64,000 nt of DNA from the human T2T-CHM13v2.0 reference genome, Homo sapiens, in NCBI RefSeq assembly GCF_009914755.1, contig NC_060947.1; one strand, given 5' to 3'. The position numbers were made by a program, and so were the translations under genes. Each line of letters opens with the position of its first letter. Positions within the stretch are counted from its first letter, which is position 1. Of the stretch, positions 36,501 through 51,500 are shown piece after piece. Under the pieces are notes generated by a model, which made no database searches, had not been told where the DNA came from, and was given only the letters and a program-made list of their open reading frames with translations.

Positions 36501-39500
36501 TTGAGGTCAGACAGACAGCAGACTCTGCAACCTTTAGAGTCTGCATTGGGCCTAGGTCTAATTGCGGACAGATAGACAGCAGACTGTGCAACGTTTAGAG
36601 TCTGCATTGGGCCTAGGTCTAATTGCGGACAGATAGAGAGCAGACTATGCAACGTTTAGAGTCTGCATTGGGCCTGGGTCTCATTGAGGACAGATAGAGA
36701 GCAGACTGTGCAACCTTTAGGGTCTCTATTGGGCCTAGGTCTCATTGAGGACAGATAGGGAGCGGACTGTGCAACCTTTAGAGTCTGCATTGGGCCTAGG
36801 TCTCATTGAGGGCAGATAGAGAGCAGGCTCGGCAACCCTTAGAGTCTGCATTGGGCCTAGATATCATTGAGGACAGATAGAGAGCATGCTATGCAACCTT
36901 TAGAGTCTGCACTGGGCCTAGGTCTCATTGAGGACACATAGAGAGCAGACTGTGCAACCTTTAGAGTCTGCATTGGGCCTATGTCTCATTGAGGACAGTT
37001 AGAGAGCAGACTGTGCAACCTTTAGAGTCTGCATTTGGCCTAGGTCTCATTGAGGACAGAAAGAGACCAGAGTGTGCAAACTTTAGAGTCTGCATTGGGC
37101 CTAGGTCTCATTGAGGACAGATAGAGAGCAGACTGTAGAACCTTTATAGTCTGCATTGGGCCTAGGTCTCATTGAGGTCAGATAGAGAGCAGACTGTGCA
37201 AGCTTTAGAGTCTGCACTTGTCCTAGGTCTCATTGAGGACAGATAGAGAACAGACTGTGCAACCTTTAGAGTCTGCATTGGGCCTAGGTCTCATTGAGGG
37301 CAGTTAGAGAGCAGACTGTGCAAACTTTAGAGTCTGCATTGGGCCTAGGTCTCATTGAGAGCAGATAGAGAGCACACTGTGCAAACTCTAGAGTCGGCAT
37401 TGGGCCTAGGTCTCATTGAGGACAGATAGAGACCAGACTGTGCAAACTTTAGAGTCTGCATTGGGCCTAGGTCTCATTGAGGACAGATAGAGGGCAGACT
37501 GTGCAACCTTTAGAGTCTGCATTGGGCCTAGGTCTCATTGAGGACAGATAGAGAGCAGACTTTGCAAACTTTAGAGTCTGCACTGGGCCTAGGTCTCATT
37601 GAGGGCATATAGAGACCATACTGTGCAAACTTTAGAGTCTGCATTGGGTCTAGGTCTCACTGAGGAGAGATAGAGAGCAGACTTTGCAAACTTCAGAGTC
37701 TGCATTAGGTCTAGGTCTCACTGAGGACTGATAGAGAGCAGACTATGCAACTTTAGAGTCTGCCTGGCCCTAGGTCTCATTGAGGACAGATAGAGAGCAG
37801 ACTGCGCAAACTTTAGAGTCTGCATTGGGCCTAGGTCTCACTGAGGACAGATAGAGAGCACACTGTGTAACCTTTAGAGTTTGCATAGGGCCTCGGTCTC
37901 ATTGAGGACCGATAGAGAGCAGACTGTGCAACCTTTAGAGTCTGCATTGGGCCTGGGTCTCATTGAGGAAAAATAGAGAGCAGACTGTGCAACCTTTAGA
38001 GTCTGCATTGGGCCTAGGTCTCATTGAGGGCAGATAGAGAGCAGACTGTGCAACCTTTAGAGTCTGCACTAGGGCTAGGTCTCATCGAGGACAGATAGAG
38101 AGCAGACTGTGCAACATTTAGAGTCTGCATTGGACCTAGGTCTCACTGAGGACAGATAGAGAGCAGACTATGCAAACTTTACAGTCTGCACTGGGCCTAG
38201 GTCTCATTGAGGACAGATAGAGAGCAGACTGTGCAACCTTTACAGTCTGCATTGGGCCTGGGTCTCATTCAGGAGAGATAGAGACCAGAATGTGCAACCT
38301 TTAGAGTTTGCATTGGGCCTAGGTCTCTTGAGAGCAGATAGAGAGCAGACTGTGCAACCTTTACAGTCTGCATTGGGCCTAGGTCTCATTGAGGGCCGAT
38401 AGAGAGCAGACTGTGCAAACTTTAGAGTCTGCACTGGGCCTAGGTCTGATTGAGGACACATAGAGAGCAGACTGTGCAACCTTTAGAGTCTGCATTTGGC
38501 TTAGGTCTCATTGAGGACAGATGGAGAGCACACTGTGCAACCTTTAGAGTCCGCATTGGGCCTAGGTCTCATTGAGGACAGATAGAGACCAGACTGTGCA
38601 ACCTTTAGAGTTTGCATTGGGCCTAGGTCTCACTGAGGGCAGATAGAGAGCAGACTGTGCAACCTTTAGAGTCTGCATTGGGCCTAGGTCTCATTGAGGA
38701 CCGATAGAGAGCAGACTGTGCAACCTTTAGACTCTGCATTGGGCCTGGGTCTCATTGAGGACAAATAGAGAACAGACTGTGCAACCTTTAGAGTCTGCAT
38801 TGGGCCTAGGTATCAGTGAGGACAGATAGAGAGGAGACTGTGCAACCTTTAGAGTCTGCACTGGGCCTAGGTCTCTTTGAGGACAGACAGAGAGCAGACT
38901 GTGCAAACTTTAGAGTCTGCACTGGGCCTAGGTGTCATTGAGGACAGATAGAGACCAGACTGTGCAACCTTTAGAGTCTGCATTGGGCCTAGGTCTCCTT
39001 GAGGTCAGATAGACAGCAGAATCTGCAACCTTTAGAGTCTGCATTGGGCCTAGGTCTAATTGCGGACAGATAGACAGCAGACTGTGCAACGTTTAGAGTC
39101 TGCATTGGGCCTAGGTCTAATTGCGGACAGATAGAGAGCAGACTATGCAACGTTTAGAGTCTGCATTGGGCCTGGGTCTCATTGAGGACAGATAGAGAGC
39201 AGACTGTGCAACCTTTAGAGTCTCTATTGGGCCTAGGTCTCATTGAGGACAGATAGGGAGAGGACTGTGCAACCTTTAGAGTCTGCATTGGGCCTAGGTC
39301 TCATTGAGGGCAGATAGAGAGCAGGCTCGGGAACCCTTAGAGTCTGCATTGGGCCTAGATCTCATTGAGGACAGATAGAGAGCATACTATGCAACCTTTA
39401 GAGTCTGCACTGGGCCTAGGTCTCATTGAGGACACATAGAGAGCAGACTGTGCAAGCTTTAGAGTCTGCATTGGGCCTATGTCTCATTGAGGACAGTTAG

Positions 39501-42500
39501 AGAGCAGGCTGTGCAACCTTTACAGTCTGCATTTGGCCTAGGTCTCATTGAGGACAGAAAGAGACCAGAGTGCGCAAACTTTAGAGTCTGCATTGGGCCT
39601 AGGTCTCATTGAGGACAGATAGAGAGCAGACTGTAGAACCTTTATAGTCTGCATTGGGCCTAGGTCTCATTGAGGTCAGATAGAGAGCAGACTGTGCAAG
39701 CTTTAGAGTCTGCACTTGGCCTAGGTCTCATTGAGGACAGATAGAGAACAGACTGTGCAACCTTTAGAGTCTGCATTGGGCCTAGGTCTCATTGAGGGCA
39801 GTTAGAGAGCAGACTGTGCAACCTTTAGAGTCTGCATTGGGCCTAGGTCTCATTGAGAGCAGATAGAGAGCACACTGTGCAACCTCTAGAGTCGGCATTG
39901 GGCCTAGGTCTCATTGAGGACAGATAGAGACCAGACTGTGCAAACTTTAGAGTCTGCATTGGGCCTAGGTCTCATTGAGGACAGATAGAGGGCAGACTGT
40001 GCAACCTTTAGAGTCTGCATTGAGCCTAGGTCTCATTGAGGACAGATAGAGAGCAGACTGTGCAACCTTTCGAGTCTGCACTGGGCCTAGGTCTCATTGA
40101 GGGCATATAGAGACCATACTGTGCAAACTTTAGAGTCTGCATTGGGTCTAGGTCTCACTGAGGAGAGATAGAGAGCAGACTTTGCAAACTTTAGAGTCTG
40201 CATTAGGTCTAGGTCTCACTGAGGACTGATAGAGAGCAGACTATGCAACTTTAGAGTCTGCACTGGCCCTAGGTCTCATTGAGGACAGATAGAGAGCAGA
40301 CTGCGCAAACTTTAGAGTCTGCATTGGGTCTAGGTCTCATTGAGGACAGATAGAGAGCACACTGTGTAACCTTTAGAGTCTGCATAGAGCCTCGGTCTCA
40401 TTGAGGACCGATAGAGAGCAGACTGTGCCACCTTTAGAGTCTGCATTGGGCCTGGGTCTCACTGAGGAGAAATAGAGAGCAGACTGTGCAACCTTTAGAG
40501 TCTGCATTGGGCCTAGGTCTCATTGAGGACAGATGGAGAGCAGACTGTGCAACCTTTAGAGTCTGCATTGGGCCTAGGTCTCATTGAGGGCAGATAGAGA
40601 GCAGACTGTGCAACCTTTAGAGTCTGCATTGGGCCTAGGTCTCATTGAGAGCAGATAGAGAGCATACTGTGCAACCTTTAGAGTCGGCATTGGGCCTAGG
40701 TCTCATTGAGGACAGATAGAGACCAGACTGTGCAACCTTTAGAGTCTGCATTGGGCCTAGGTCTCATTGAGGACAGATAGAGAGCAGACTATGCAACCAT
40801 TAGAGTCGACACTGGTCCTAGGTCTCATTGAGGACAGATATAGAGCAGACTGTGCAACCTTTAGAGTCTGCATTGTGCCTGGGTCTCATTGAGGACAGAT
40901 AGAGAGCAGACTAGGCAACCATTAGAGTCGACACTGGTCCTAGGTCTAATTGAGGACAGATATAGTGCAGACTGTGCAACCTTTAGAGTCTGCATTGGGC
41001 CTGGGTCTTATTGAGGACAGATAGAGACCAGACTGTGCAACCTTTAGAGTCTGCACTGGGCCTAGGTCTCATTGAGGACAGATAGAGGGCAGACTGTGCA
41101 ACCTTTAGAGTCTGCATTGGGCCTAGGTCTCATTGAGGACAGATAGAGAGCAGGCTGTGCAACCTTTAGAGTCTGCACTGGGCCTAGGTCTCATTGAGGG
41201 CAGATAGAGACCATACTGTGCAACCTTTAGAATCTGCATTGGGTCTAGGTCTCACTGAGGAGAGATAGAGAGCAGACTTTGCAAACTTTAGAGTCTGCAT
41301 TGGGTCTAGGTCTCACTGAGGACTGATAGAGAGCAGACTATGCAACCTTTAGAGTCTGCACTGGCACTAGGTCTCATTGAGGACAGATACAGAGCAGACT
41401 GCGCAAACTTTAGAGTCTGCATTGGGCCTAGGTCTCATTGAGGACAGATAGAGAGCACACTGTGTAACCTTTAGAGTCTGCATAGGGCCTCGGTCTCTAT
41501 GAGGACCGATAGAGAGCAGACTGTGCAACCTTTAGAGTCTGCATTGGGCCTGGGTCTCATTGAGGACAAATAGAGAGCAGACTGTGCAATCTTTAGAGTC
41601 TGCATTGGGCCTAGGTCTCATTGAGGAGAGATGGAGAGCAGACTGTGCAACCTTTAGAGTCTGCATTGGGCCTAGGTCTCATTGAGAGCAGATAGAGAGC
41701 AGAGTGTGCAACCTTTAGAGTCTGCATTGGGCCTAGGTCTCATTGAGGGCAGATAGAGACCAGACTGTGCAACCTTTAGAGTCTGCATTGGGCCTAGGTC
41801 TCATTGAGAGCAGATAGAGAGCAGACTGTGCAACCTTTAGAGTCTGCATTGAGCCTAGGTCTCATTGAGGAGAGATAGAGAGCAGACTGTGCAACCTTTA
41901 GAGTCTGCATTGGGCCTAGGTCTCATTGAGGACAGATGGAGAGCACACTGTGCAACCTTTAGAGTCCGCATTGGGACTAGGTGTCATTGAGGACAGATAG
42001 AGACCAGACTGTGCAACCTTTAGAGTCTGCATTGGGCCTAGGTCTCCTTGAGGTCAGATAGACAGCAGACTCTGCAACCTTTAGAGTCTGCATTGGGCCT
42101 AGGTCTAATTGCGGACAGATAGACAGCAGACTGTGCAACGTTTAGAGTCTGCATTGGGCCTAGGTCTAATTGCGGACAGATAGAGAGCAGACTATGCAAC
42201 GTTTAGAGTCTGCATTGGGCCTGGGTCTCATTGAGGACAGATAGAGAGCAGACTGTGCAACCTTTAGAGTCTCTATTGGGCCTAGGTCTCATTGAGGACA
42301 GATAGGGAGCGGACTGTGCAACCTTTAGAGTCTGCATTGGGCCTAGGTCTCATTGACGGCAGACAGAGAGCAGGCTCGGCAACCCTTAGAGTCTGCATTG
42401 GGCCTAGATCTCATTGAGGACAGATAGAGAGCATACTATGCAACCTTTAGAGTCTGCACTGGGCTTAGTTCTCATTGAGGAAACATAGAGAGCAGACTGT

Positions 42501-45500
42501 GCAACCTTTAGAGTCTGCATTAGGCCTATGTCTCATTGAGGACAGTTAGAGAGCAGACTGTGCTACCTTTAGAGTCTGCATTTGGCCTAGGTCTCATTGA
42601 GTACAGAAAGAGACCAGAGTGTGCAACCTTTAGAGTCTGCATTGGGCCTGGGTCTCATTGAGGACAGATAGAGAGGAGACTGTAGAACCTTTATAGTCTG
42701 CATTGGGCCTAGGTCTCATTGAGGTCAGATAGGGAGCAGACTGGGCAAGCTTTAGAGTCTGCACTTGGCCTAGGTCTCATTGAGGACAGATAGAGAACAG
42801 ACTGTGCAACCTTTAGAGTCTGCATTGGGCCTAGGTCTCATTGAGGGCAGTTAGAGAGCAGACTGTGCAACCTTTAGAGTCTGCATTGGGCCTAGGTCTC
42901 ATTGAGAGCAGATAGAGAGCACACTGTGCAACCTCTAGAGTCGGCATTGGGCCTAGGTCTCATTGAGGACAGATAGAGACCAGACTGTGCAAACTTTAGA
43001 GTCTGCATTGGGCCTAGGTCTCATTGAGGACAGATACAGGGCAGACTGTGCAACCTTTAGAGTCTGCATTGGGCCTAGGTCTCATTGAGGTCAGATAGAG
43101 AGCAGACTGTGCAACCTTTAGAGTCTGCACTGGGCCTAGGTCTCATTGAGGGCAGATAGAGACCATACTGTGCAACCTTTAGAGTCTGCATTGGGTCTAG
43201 GTCTCACTGAGGAGAGATAGAGAGCAGACTTTGCAAACTTTAGAGTCTGCATTAGGTCTAGGTCTCACTGAGGACTGATAGAGAGCAGATTATGCAACCT
43301 TTAGAGTCTGCACTGGCCCTAGGTCTCATTGAGGACAGATAGAGAGCAGACTGCGCAAACTTTAGAGTCTGCATTGGGCCTAGGTCTCATTGAGGACAGA
43401 TAGAGAGCACACTGTGTAACCTTTAGAGTCTGCATAGGGCCTCGGTCTCATTGAGGACCGATAGAGAGCAGACTGTGCCACCTTTAGAGTCTGCATTGGG
43501 CCTGGGTCTCATTGAGGAGAAATAGAGAGCAGACTGTGCAACCTTTAGAGTCTGCATTGGGCCTAGGTCTCATTGAGGACAGATGGAGAGCAGACTGTGC
43601 AACCTTTAGAATCTGCATTGGGCCTAGGTCTCATTGAGGGCACATAGAGAGCAGACTGTGCAACCTTTAGAGTCTGCATTGGGCCTAGGTCTCATTGAGA
43701 GAAGATAGAGAGCATACAGTGCAACCTTTAGAGTCGGCATTGGGCCTAGGTCTCATTGAGGGCACATAGAGAGCAGACTGTGCAACCTTTAGAGTCTGCA
43801 TTGGGCCTAGGTCTCATTGAGAGAAGATAGAGAGCATACAGTGCAACCTTTAGAGTCGGCATTGGGCCTAGGTCTCATTGAGGACAGATAGAGACCAGAC
43901 TGTGAAACCTTTAGAGTCTGCATTGGGCCTAGGTCTCATTGAGGACAGATAGAGAGCAGAGTAGGCAACCATTAGAGTCGGCACTGGTCCTAGGTCTCAT
44001 TGAGGACAGATATAGAGCAGACTGTGCAACCTTTAGAGTCTGCATTGGGCCTGGGTCTCATTGAGGACAGATAGAGAGCAGACTGTGCAACCTTTAGAGG
44101 CTGCACTGGGCCTAGGTCTCATTGAGGACAGATAGAGGGCAGACTGTGCAACCTTTAGAGTCTGCATTGGGCCTAGGTCTCATTGAGGACCGATAGAGAG
44201 CAGACTGTGCAACCTTTAGAGTCTGCACTGGGCCTAGGTCTCATTGAGGGCAGATAGAGACCATACTGTGCAACCTTTAGAGTCTGCATTGGGCCTAGGT
44301 CTCACTGAGGAGAGATAGAGAGCACACTGTGTAAACTTTAGAGACTGCATAGGGCCTCGGTCTCATTGAGGACCGATAGAGAGCAGACTGTGCCACCTTT
44401 AGAGTCTGCATTGGGCCTGGGTCTCATTGAGGACAAATAGAGAGCAGACTGTGCAACCTTTAGAGTCTGCATTGGGCCTAGGTCTCATTGAGGACAGATG
44501 GAGAGCAGACTGTGCAACCTATAGAGTCTGCATTGGGCCTAGGTCTCATTGAGGACAGATGGAAAGCAGACTGTGCAACCTTTAGAGTCTGCATTGGACC
44601 TAGGTCTCATTGAGGACAGATAGAGAGCAGACTATGCAAACTTTAGAGGCTGGACTGAGCCTAGGTCTCATTGAGGACAGATAGAGAGCAGACTGTGCAA
44701 CCTTTACAGTCTGCATTGGGCCTGGGCCTCATTCAGGACAGATAGAGACCAGACTGCGCAACCTTTAGAGTCTGCATTGGGCCTAGGTCTCATTGAGAGT
44801 AGATAGAGAGCAGACTGTGCAACCTTTAGAGTCTACATTGGGCCTAGGTCTCATTGAGGGCAGATAGAGAGCAGACTGTGCAACCTTTAGAGTCTGCACT
44901 TGGCCTAGGTCTCATTGAGGACACATAGAGAGCAGACTGTGCAACCTTTAGAGTCTGCATTGGGCCTAGGTCTCATTGAGGGCAGATAGAGAGCAGACTG
45001 TGCAAACTTTAGAGTTTGCATTGGGCCTAGGTCTCATTGAGGAGAGATAGAGAGCAGACTGTGCAACCTTTAGAGTCTGCATTGGGCCTAGGTCTCATTG
45101 AGGACAGATGGAGAGCACACTGTGCAACCTTTAGAGTCCGCATTGGGCCTAGGTCTCATTGAGGACAGATAGAGACCAGACTGTGCAACCTTTAGTGTTT
45201 GCATTGGGCCTAGGTCTCATTGAGGGCAGATAGAGAGCAGAATGTGCAACCCTTAGAGTCTGCATTGGGCCTAGGTCTCATTGAGGACAGATAGAGAGCA
45301 GACTGTGCAACCTTTAGAGTCTGCACTGGGCCTAGGTCTCTTTGAGGACAGACAGAGAGCAGACTGTGCAAACTTTAGAGTCTGCACTGGGCCTAGGTCT
45401 CATTGAGGACACATAGAGAGCAGACTGTGCAACCTTTAGAGTCTGCATTGGGCCTATGTCTCATTGAGGACAGTTAGAGAGCAGACTGTGCAAACTTTAG

Positions 45501-48500
45501 AGTCTGCATTTGGCCTACGTCTCATTGAGGACAAAAAGAGACCAGAGTGTGCAACCTTTAGAGTCGGCATTGGGACTCGGTCTCATTGAGGACAGATAGA
45601 GAGCAGACTGTAGAACCTTCATAGTCTGCATTGGGCCTAGGTCTCATTGAGGTCAGATAGAGAGCAGACTGTGCAAGCTTTAGAGTCTGCACTTGGCCTA
45701 GGTCTCATTGAGGACAGATAGAGAGCAGACTGTGCAAACTTTAGAGTCTGCATTGGGCCTAGGTCTCATTGAGGGCAGATAGAGACCAGACTATGCAACG
45801 TTTAGAGTCTGCATTGGGCCTAGGTGTCATTGAGGGCAGTTAGAGAGCAGACTGTGCAACCTTTAGAATCTGCATTGGGCCTAGGTCTCATTGAGAGCAG
45901 ATAGAGAGCACACTGTGCAAACTTTAGAGTCGGCATTGGGCCTAGGTCTCATTGAGGACAGATAGAGACCGGACTGTGCAACCTTTAGAGTCTGCATTGG
46001 GCCTAGGTCTCATTGAGGACAGATAGAGAGCACACTAGGCAACCATTAGAGTCCGCACTGGTCCTAGGTCTCATTGAGGACAGATATAGAGCAGACTGTG
46101 CAACCTTTAGAGTCTGCATTGGGCCTGGGTCTCATTGAGGACAGATAGCGACCAGACTGTACAACCTTTAGAGTCTGCATTGGGCTTAGGTCTCATTGAG
46201 GGCAGTTAGAGAGCAGACTGTGCAACCTTTAGAGTCTGCATTGGGCCTAGGTCTCATTGAGAGCAGATAGAGAGCACACTGTGCAACCTCTAGAGTCGGC
46301 ATTGGGCCTAGGTCTCATTGAGGACAGATAGAGACCAGACTGTTGAAACTTTAGAGGCTGCATTGGGCCTAGGTCTCATTGAGGACAGATAGAGGGCAGA
46401 CTGTGCAACCTTTAGAGTCTGCAATGGACCTAGGTCTCATTGAGGACAGATACGGAGCAGACTGTGCAAACTTTAAAGTCTGCACTGAGCCTAGGTCTCA
46501 TTGAGGGCAGATAGAGACCAGACTGTGCAACCTTTAGAGTCTGCATTGGGTCTAGGTCTCACTGAGGCGAGATAGAGAGCAGACTTTGCAAACTTTAGAG
46601 TCTCCATTGGGTCTAGGTCTCACTGAGGACTGATAGGAGCAGACTATGCAACCTTTAGAGTCTGCACTGGCCCTAGGTCTCATTGAGGACAGATAGAGAG
46701 CAGACTGCGCAAACTTTAGAGTCTGCATTGGGCCTAGGTCTCACTGAGGACAGATAGAGAGCACACTGTGTAACCTTTAGAGTCTGCATAGAGCCTCGGT
46801 CTCATTGAGGACAGATAGAGAGCAGACTGTGCAACCTTTAGAGTCTCTATTGGGCCTAGATCTCATTGAGGACAGATAGGGAGCGGACTGTGCAACCTTT
46901 AGAGTCTGCATTGGGCCTAGGTCTCATTGAGGGCAGATAGAGAGCAGGCTCGGCAACCCTTAGAGTCTGCATTGGGCCTAGATCTTATTGAGGACAGATA
47001 GAGAGCATACTATGCAACCTTGAGAGTCTGCACTGGGCCTAGGTCTCATTGAGGACACATAGAGAGCAGACTGTGCAACCTTTAGAGTCTGCATTGGGCC
47101 TATGTCTCATTGAGGACAGTTAGAGAGCAGACTGTGCAACCTTTAGAGTCTGCATTTGGCCTAGGTCTCATTGAGGACAGAAAGAGACCAGAGTGTGCAA
47201 CCTTTAGAGTTTGCATTGGGCCTAGGTCTCATTGAGGACAGATAGAGAGCAGACTGTAGAACCTTTATAGTCTGCATTGGGCCTAGGTCTCATTGAGGTC
47301 AGATAGAGAGCAGACTGTGCAAGCTTTAGAGTCTACACTTGGCCTAGGTCTCATTGAGGACAGATAGAGAACAGACTGTGCAAACTTTAGAGTCTGCATT
47401 GGGCCTAGGTCTCATTGAGGGCAGTTAGAGAGCAGACTGTGCAACCTTTAGAGTCTGCATTGGGCCTAGGTCTCATTGAGAGCAGATAGAGAGCACACTG
47501 TGCAACCTCTAGAGTCGGCATTGGGCCTAGGTCTCATTGAGGACAGATAGAGACCAGACTGTGCAAACTTTAGAGTCTGCATTGGGCCTAGGTCTCATTG
47601 AGGACAGATAGAGGGCAGACTGTGCAACGTTTAGAGTCTGCATTGGGCCTAGGTCTCATTGAGGACAGATAGAGAGCAGACTGTGAAACCTTTAGAGTCT
47701 GCACTGGGCCTAGGTCTCATTGAGGGCAGATAGAGACCATACTGTGCAACCTTTAGAGTCTGCATTGGGTCTAGGTCTCACTGAGGAGAGATAGAGAGCA
47801 GACTTTGCAAACTTTAGAGTCTACATTAGGTCTACGTCTCACTGAGGACTGATAGAGAGCAGACTATGCAACCTTTAGAGTCTGCACTGGCCCTAGGTCT
47901 CATTGAGGACACATAGAGAGCAGACTGCGCAAACTTTAGAGTTTGCATTGGGCCTAGGTCTCACTGAGGACAGATAGAGAGCACACTGTGTAACCTTTAG
48001 AGTCTGCGTAGGGCCTCGGTCTCATTGAGGACCGATAGAGAGCAGACTGTGCCACCTTTAGAGTCTGCATTGGGCCTGGGTCTCATGGAGGAGAAATAGA
48101 GAGCAGACTGTGCAACCTTTAGAGTCTGCATTGGGCCTAGGTCTCATTGAGGACAGATGGAGAGCAGACTGTGCAACCTTTAGAGTCTGCATTGGGTCTA
48201 TGTCTCATTGAGGGCAGATAGAGACCAGACTGTGCAACCTTTAGAGTTTGCATTGGGCCTAGGTCTCATTGAGGGCAGATAGAGAGCAGACTGTGCCACC
48301 TTTAGAGTCTACATTGGGCCTAGGTCTCATTGAGGACAGATAGAGAGCAGACTGTGCAACCTTTATAGTCTGCACTGGGCCTAGGTCTCTTTGAGGACAG
48401 ACAGAGAGCAGACTGTGCAAACTTTAGAGTCTGCACTGGGCCTAGGTGTCATTGAGGACAGATAGAGACCAGACTGTGCAACCTTTAGAGTCTGCATTGG

Positions 48501-51500
48501 GCCTAGGTCTCCTTGAGGTCAGATAGGCAGCAGACTGTGCAACCTTTAGAGTCTGCATTGGGTCTAGGTCTAATTGCGGACAGATGGAGAGCAGACTATG
48601 CAAAGTTTACAGTCTGCATTGGGCCTGGGTCTCATTGAGGACAGATAGAGAGCAGACTGTGCAACCTTTAGAGTCTCTATTGGGCCTAGGTCTCATTGAG
48701 GACAGATAGAGAGCAGACTGTGCAACCTTTAGAATCTGCATTGGGCCTAGGTCTCATTGAGGGCAGATAGAGAGCAGGCTCGGCAACCCTTAGAGTCTGC
48801 GTTGGGCTTAGATCTCATTGAGGACAGATAGAGAGCATACTATGCAACCTTTAGAGTCTGCACTGGGCCTAGGTCTCATTGAGGACACATAGAGAGCAGA
48901 CTGTGGAACCTTTAGAGTCTGCATTGGGCCTATGTCTCAATGAGGACAGTTAGAGAGCAGACTGTGCAACCTTTAGAGTCTGCATTGGGCCTAGGTCTCA
49001 TTGAGGACAGATAGAGAGCAGACTGTAGAACCTTTATAGTCTGCATTGGGCCTAGGTCTCATTGAGGTCAGATAGAGAGCAGACTGTGCAAGCTTTAGAG
49101 TCTGCACTTGGCCTAGGTCTCATTGAGGACAGATAGAGAGCAGACTGTGCAACCTTTAGAGTCTGCATTGGGCCTAGGTCTTATTGAGGGCAGATAGAGA
49201 CCAGACTATGCAACGTTTAGAGTCTGCATTGGGCCTAGGTGTCATTGAGGGCAGTTAGAGAGCAGACTGTGCTACCTTTAGAGTCTGCATTAGGCCTAGG
49301 TCTCATTGAGAGCAGATAGAGAGCACACTGTGCAAACTTTAGAGTCGGCATTGGGCCTAGGTCTCATTGAGGACAGATAGAGACCGGACTGTGCAACCTT
49401 TAGAGTCTGCATTGGGCCTAGGTCTCATTGAGGACAGATAAAGAGCAGACTAGGCAACCATTAGAGTCGGCACTGGTCCTAAGTCTCATTGAGGACAGAT
49501 ATAGAGGAGACTGTGTAACCTTTAGAGTCTGCATTGGGCCTGGGTCTCATTGAGGACAGATAGCGACCAGACTGTGCAACCTTTAGAGTCTGCATTGGGT
49601 CTAGGTCTCATTGAGGGCAGTTAGAGAGCAGACTGTGCCACCTTTAGAGTCTGCATTGGGCCTAGGTCTCATCGACAGCAGATAGAGAGCACACTGTGCA
49701 ACCTCTAGAGTCGGCATTGGGCCTAGGTCTCATTGAGGACAGATAGAGACCAGACTGTTAAAACTTTAGAGTCTGCATTGGGCCTAGGTCTAATTGAGGA
49801 CAGATAGAGGGCAGACTGTGCAACCTTTAGAGTCTGCATTGGGCCTAGGTCTCATTGAGGGCAGATAGAGAGCAGGCTCGGGAACCCTTAGAGTCTGCAT
49901 TGGGCCTAGATCTCATTGAGGACAGATAGAGAGCATACTATGCAACCTTTAGAGTCTGCATTGGGCCTAGGTCTCATTGAGAGCACATAGAGAGCAGACT
50001 GTGCAACCTTTAGAGTCTGCATTGGGCCTATGTCTCATTGAGGACAGTTAGAGAGCAGGCTGTGCAACCTTTACAGTCTGCATTTGGCCTAGGTCTCATT
50101 GAGGACAGAAAGAGACCAGAGTGCGCAAACTTTAGAGTCTGCATTGGGCCTAGGTCTCATTGAGGACAGATAGAGAGCAGACTGTAGAACCTTTATAGTC
50201 TGCATTGGGCCTAGGTCTCATTGAGGTCAGATAGAGAGCAGACTGTGCAAGCTTTAGAGTCTGCACTTGGCCTAGGTCTCATTGAGGACAGATAGAGAAC
50301 AGACTGTGCAACCTTTAGAGTCTGCATTGGGCCTAGGTCTCATTGAGGGCAGTTAGAGAGCAGACTGTGCAACCTTTAGAGTCTGCATTGGGCCTAGGTC
50401 TCATTGAGAGCAGATAGAGAGCACACTGTGCAACCTCTAGAGTCGGCATTGGGCCTAGGTCTCATTGAGGACAGATAGAGACCAGACTGTGCAAACTTTA
50501 GAGTCTGCATTGGGCCTAGGTCTCATTGAGGACAGATAGAGGGCAGACTGTGCAACCTTTAGAGTCTGCATTGAGCCTAGGTCTCATTGAGGACAGATAG
50601 AGAGCAGACTGTGCAACCTTTCGAGTCTGCACTGGGCCTAGGTCTCATTGAGGGCATATAGAGACCATACTGTGCAAACTTTAGAGTCTGCATTGGGTCT
50701 AGGTCTCACTGAGGAGAGATAGAGAGCAGACTTTGCAAACTTTAGAGTCTGCATTAGGTCTAGGTCTCACTGAGGACTGATAGAGAGCAGACTATGCAAC
50801 TTTAGAGTCTGCACTGGCCCTAGGTCTCATTGAGGACAGATAGAGAGCAGACTGCGCAAACTTTAGAGTCTGCATTGGGTCTAGGTCTCATTGAGGACAG
50901 ATAGAGAGCACACTGTGTAACCTTTAGAGTCTGCATAGAGCCTCGGTCTCATTGAGGACCGATAGAGAGCAGACTGTGCCACCTTTAGAGTCTGCATTGG
51001 GCCTGGGTCTCACTGAGGAGAAATAGAGAGCAGACTGTGCAACCTTTAGAGTCTGCATTGGGCCTAGGTCTCATTGAGGACAGATGGAGAGCAGACTGTG
51101 CAACCTTTAGAGTCTGCATTGGGCCTAGGTCTCATTGAGGGCAGATAGAGAGCAGACTGTGCAACCTTTAGAGTCTGCATTGGGCCTAGGTCTCATTGAG
51201 AGCAGATAGAGAGCATACTGTGCAACCTTTAGAGTCGGCATTGGGCCTAGGTCTCATTGAGGACAGATAGAGACCAGACTGTGCAACCTTTAGAGTCTGC
51301 ATTGGGCCTAGGTCTCATTGAGGACAGATAGAGAGCAGACTATGCAACCATTAGAGTCGACACTGGTCCTAGGTCTCATTGAGGACAGATATAGAGCAGA
51401 CTGTGCAACCTTTAGAGTCTGCATTGTGCATGGGTCTCATTGAGGACAGATAGAGAGCAGACTAGGCAACCATTAGAGTCGACACTGGTCCTAGGTCTAA

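Noticed and set aside
24157-38479. Three near-identical 79-aa ORFs as a gene family
   Set aside because: Chance open frames in satellite monomers that include a short deletion; useful only as higher-order repeat markers.
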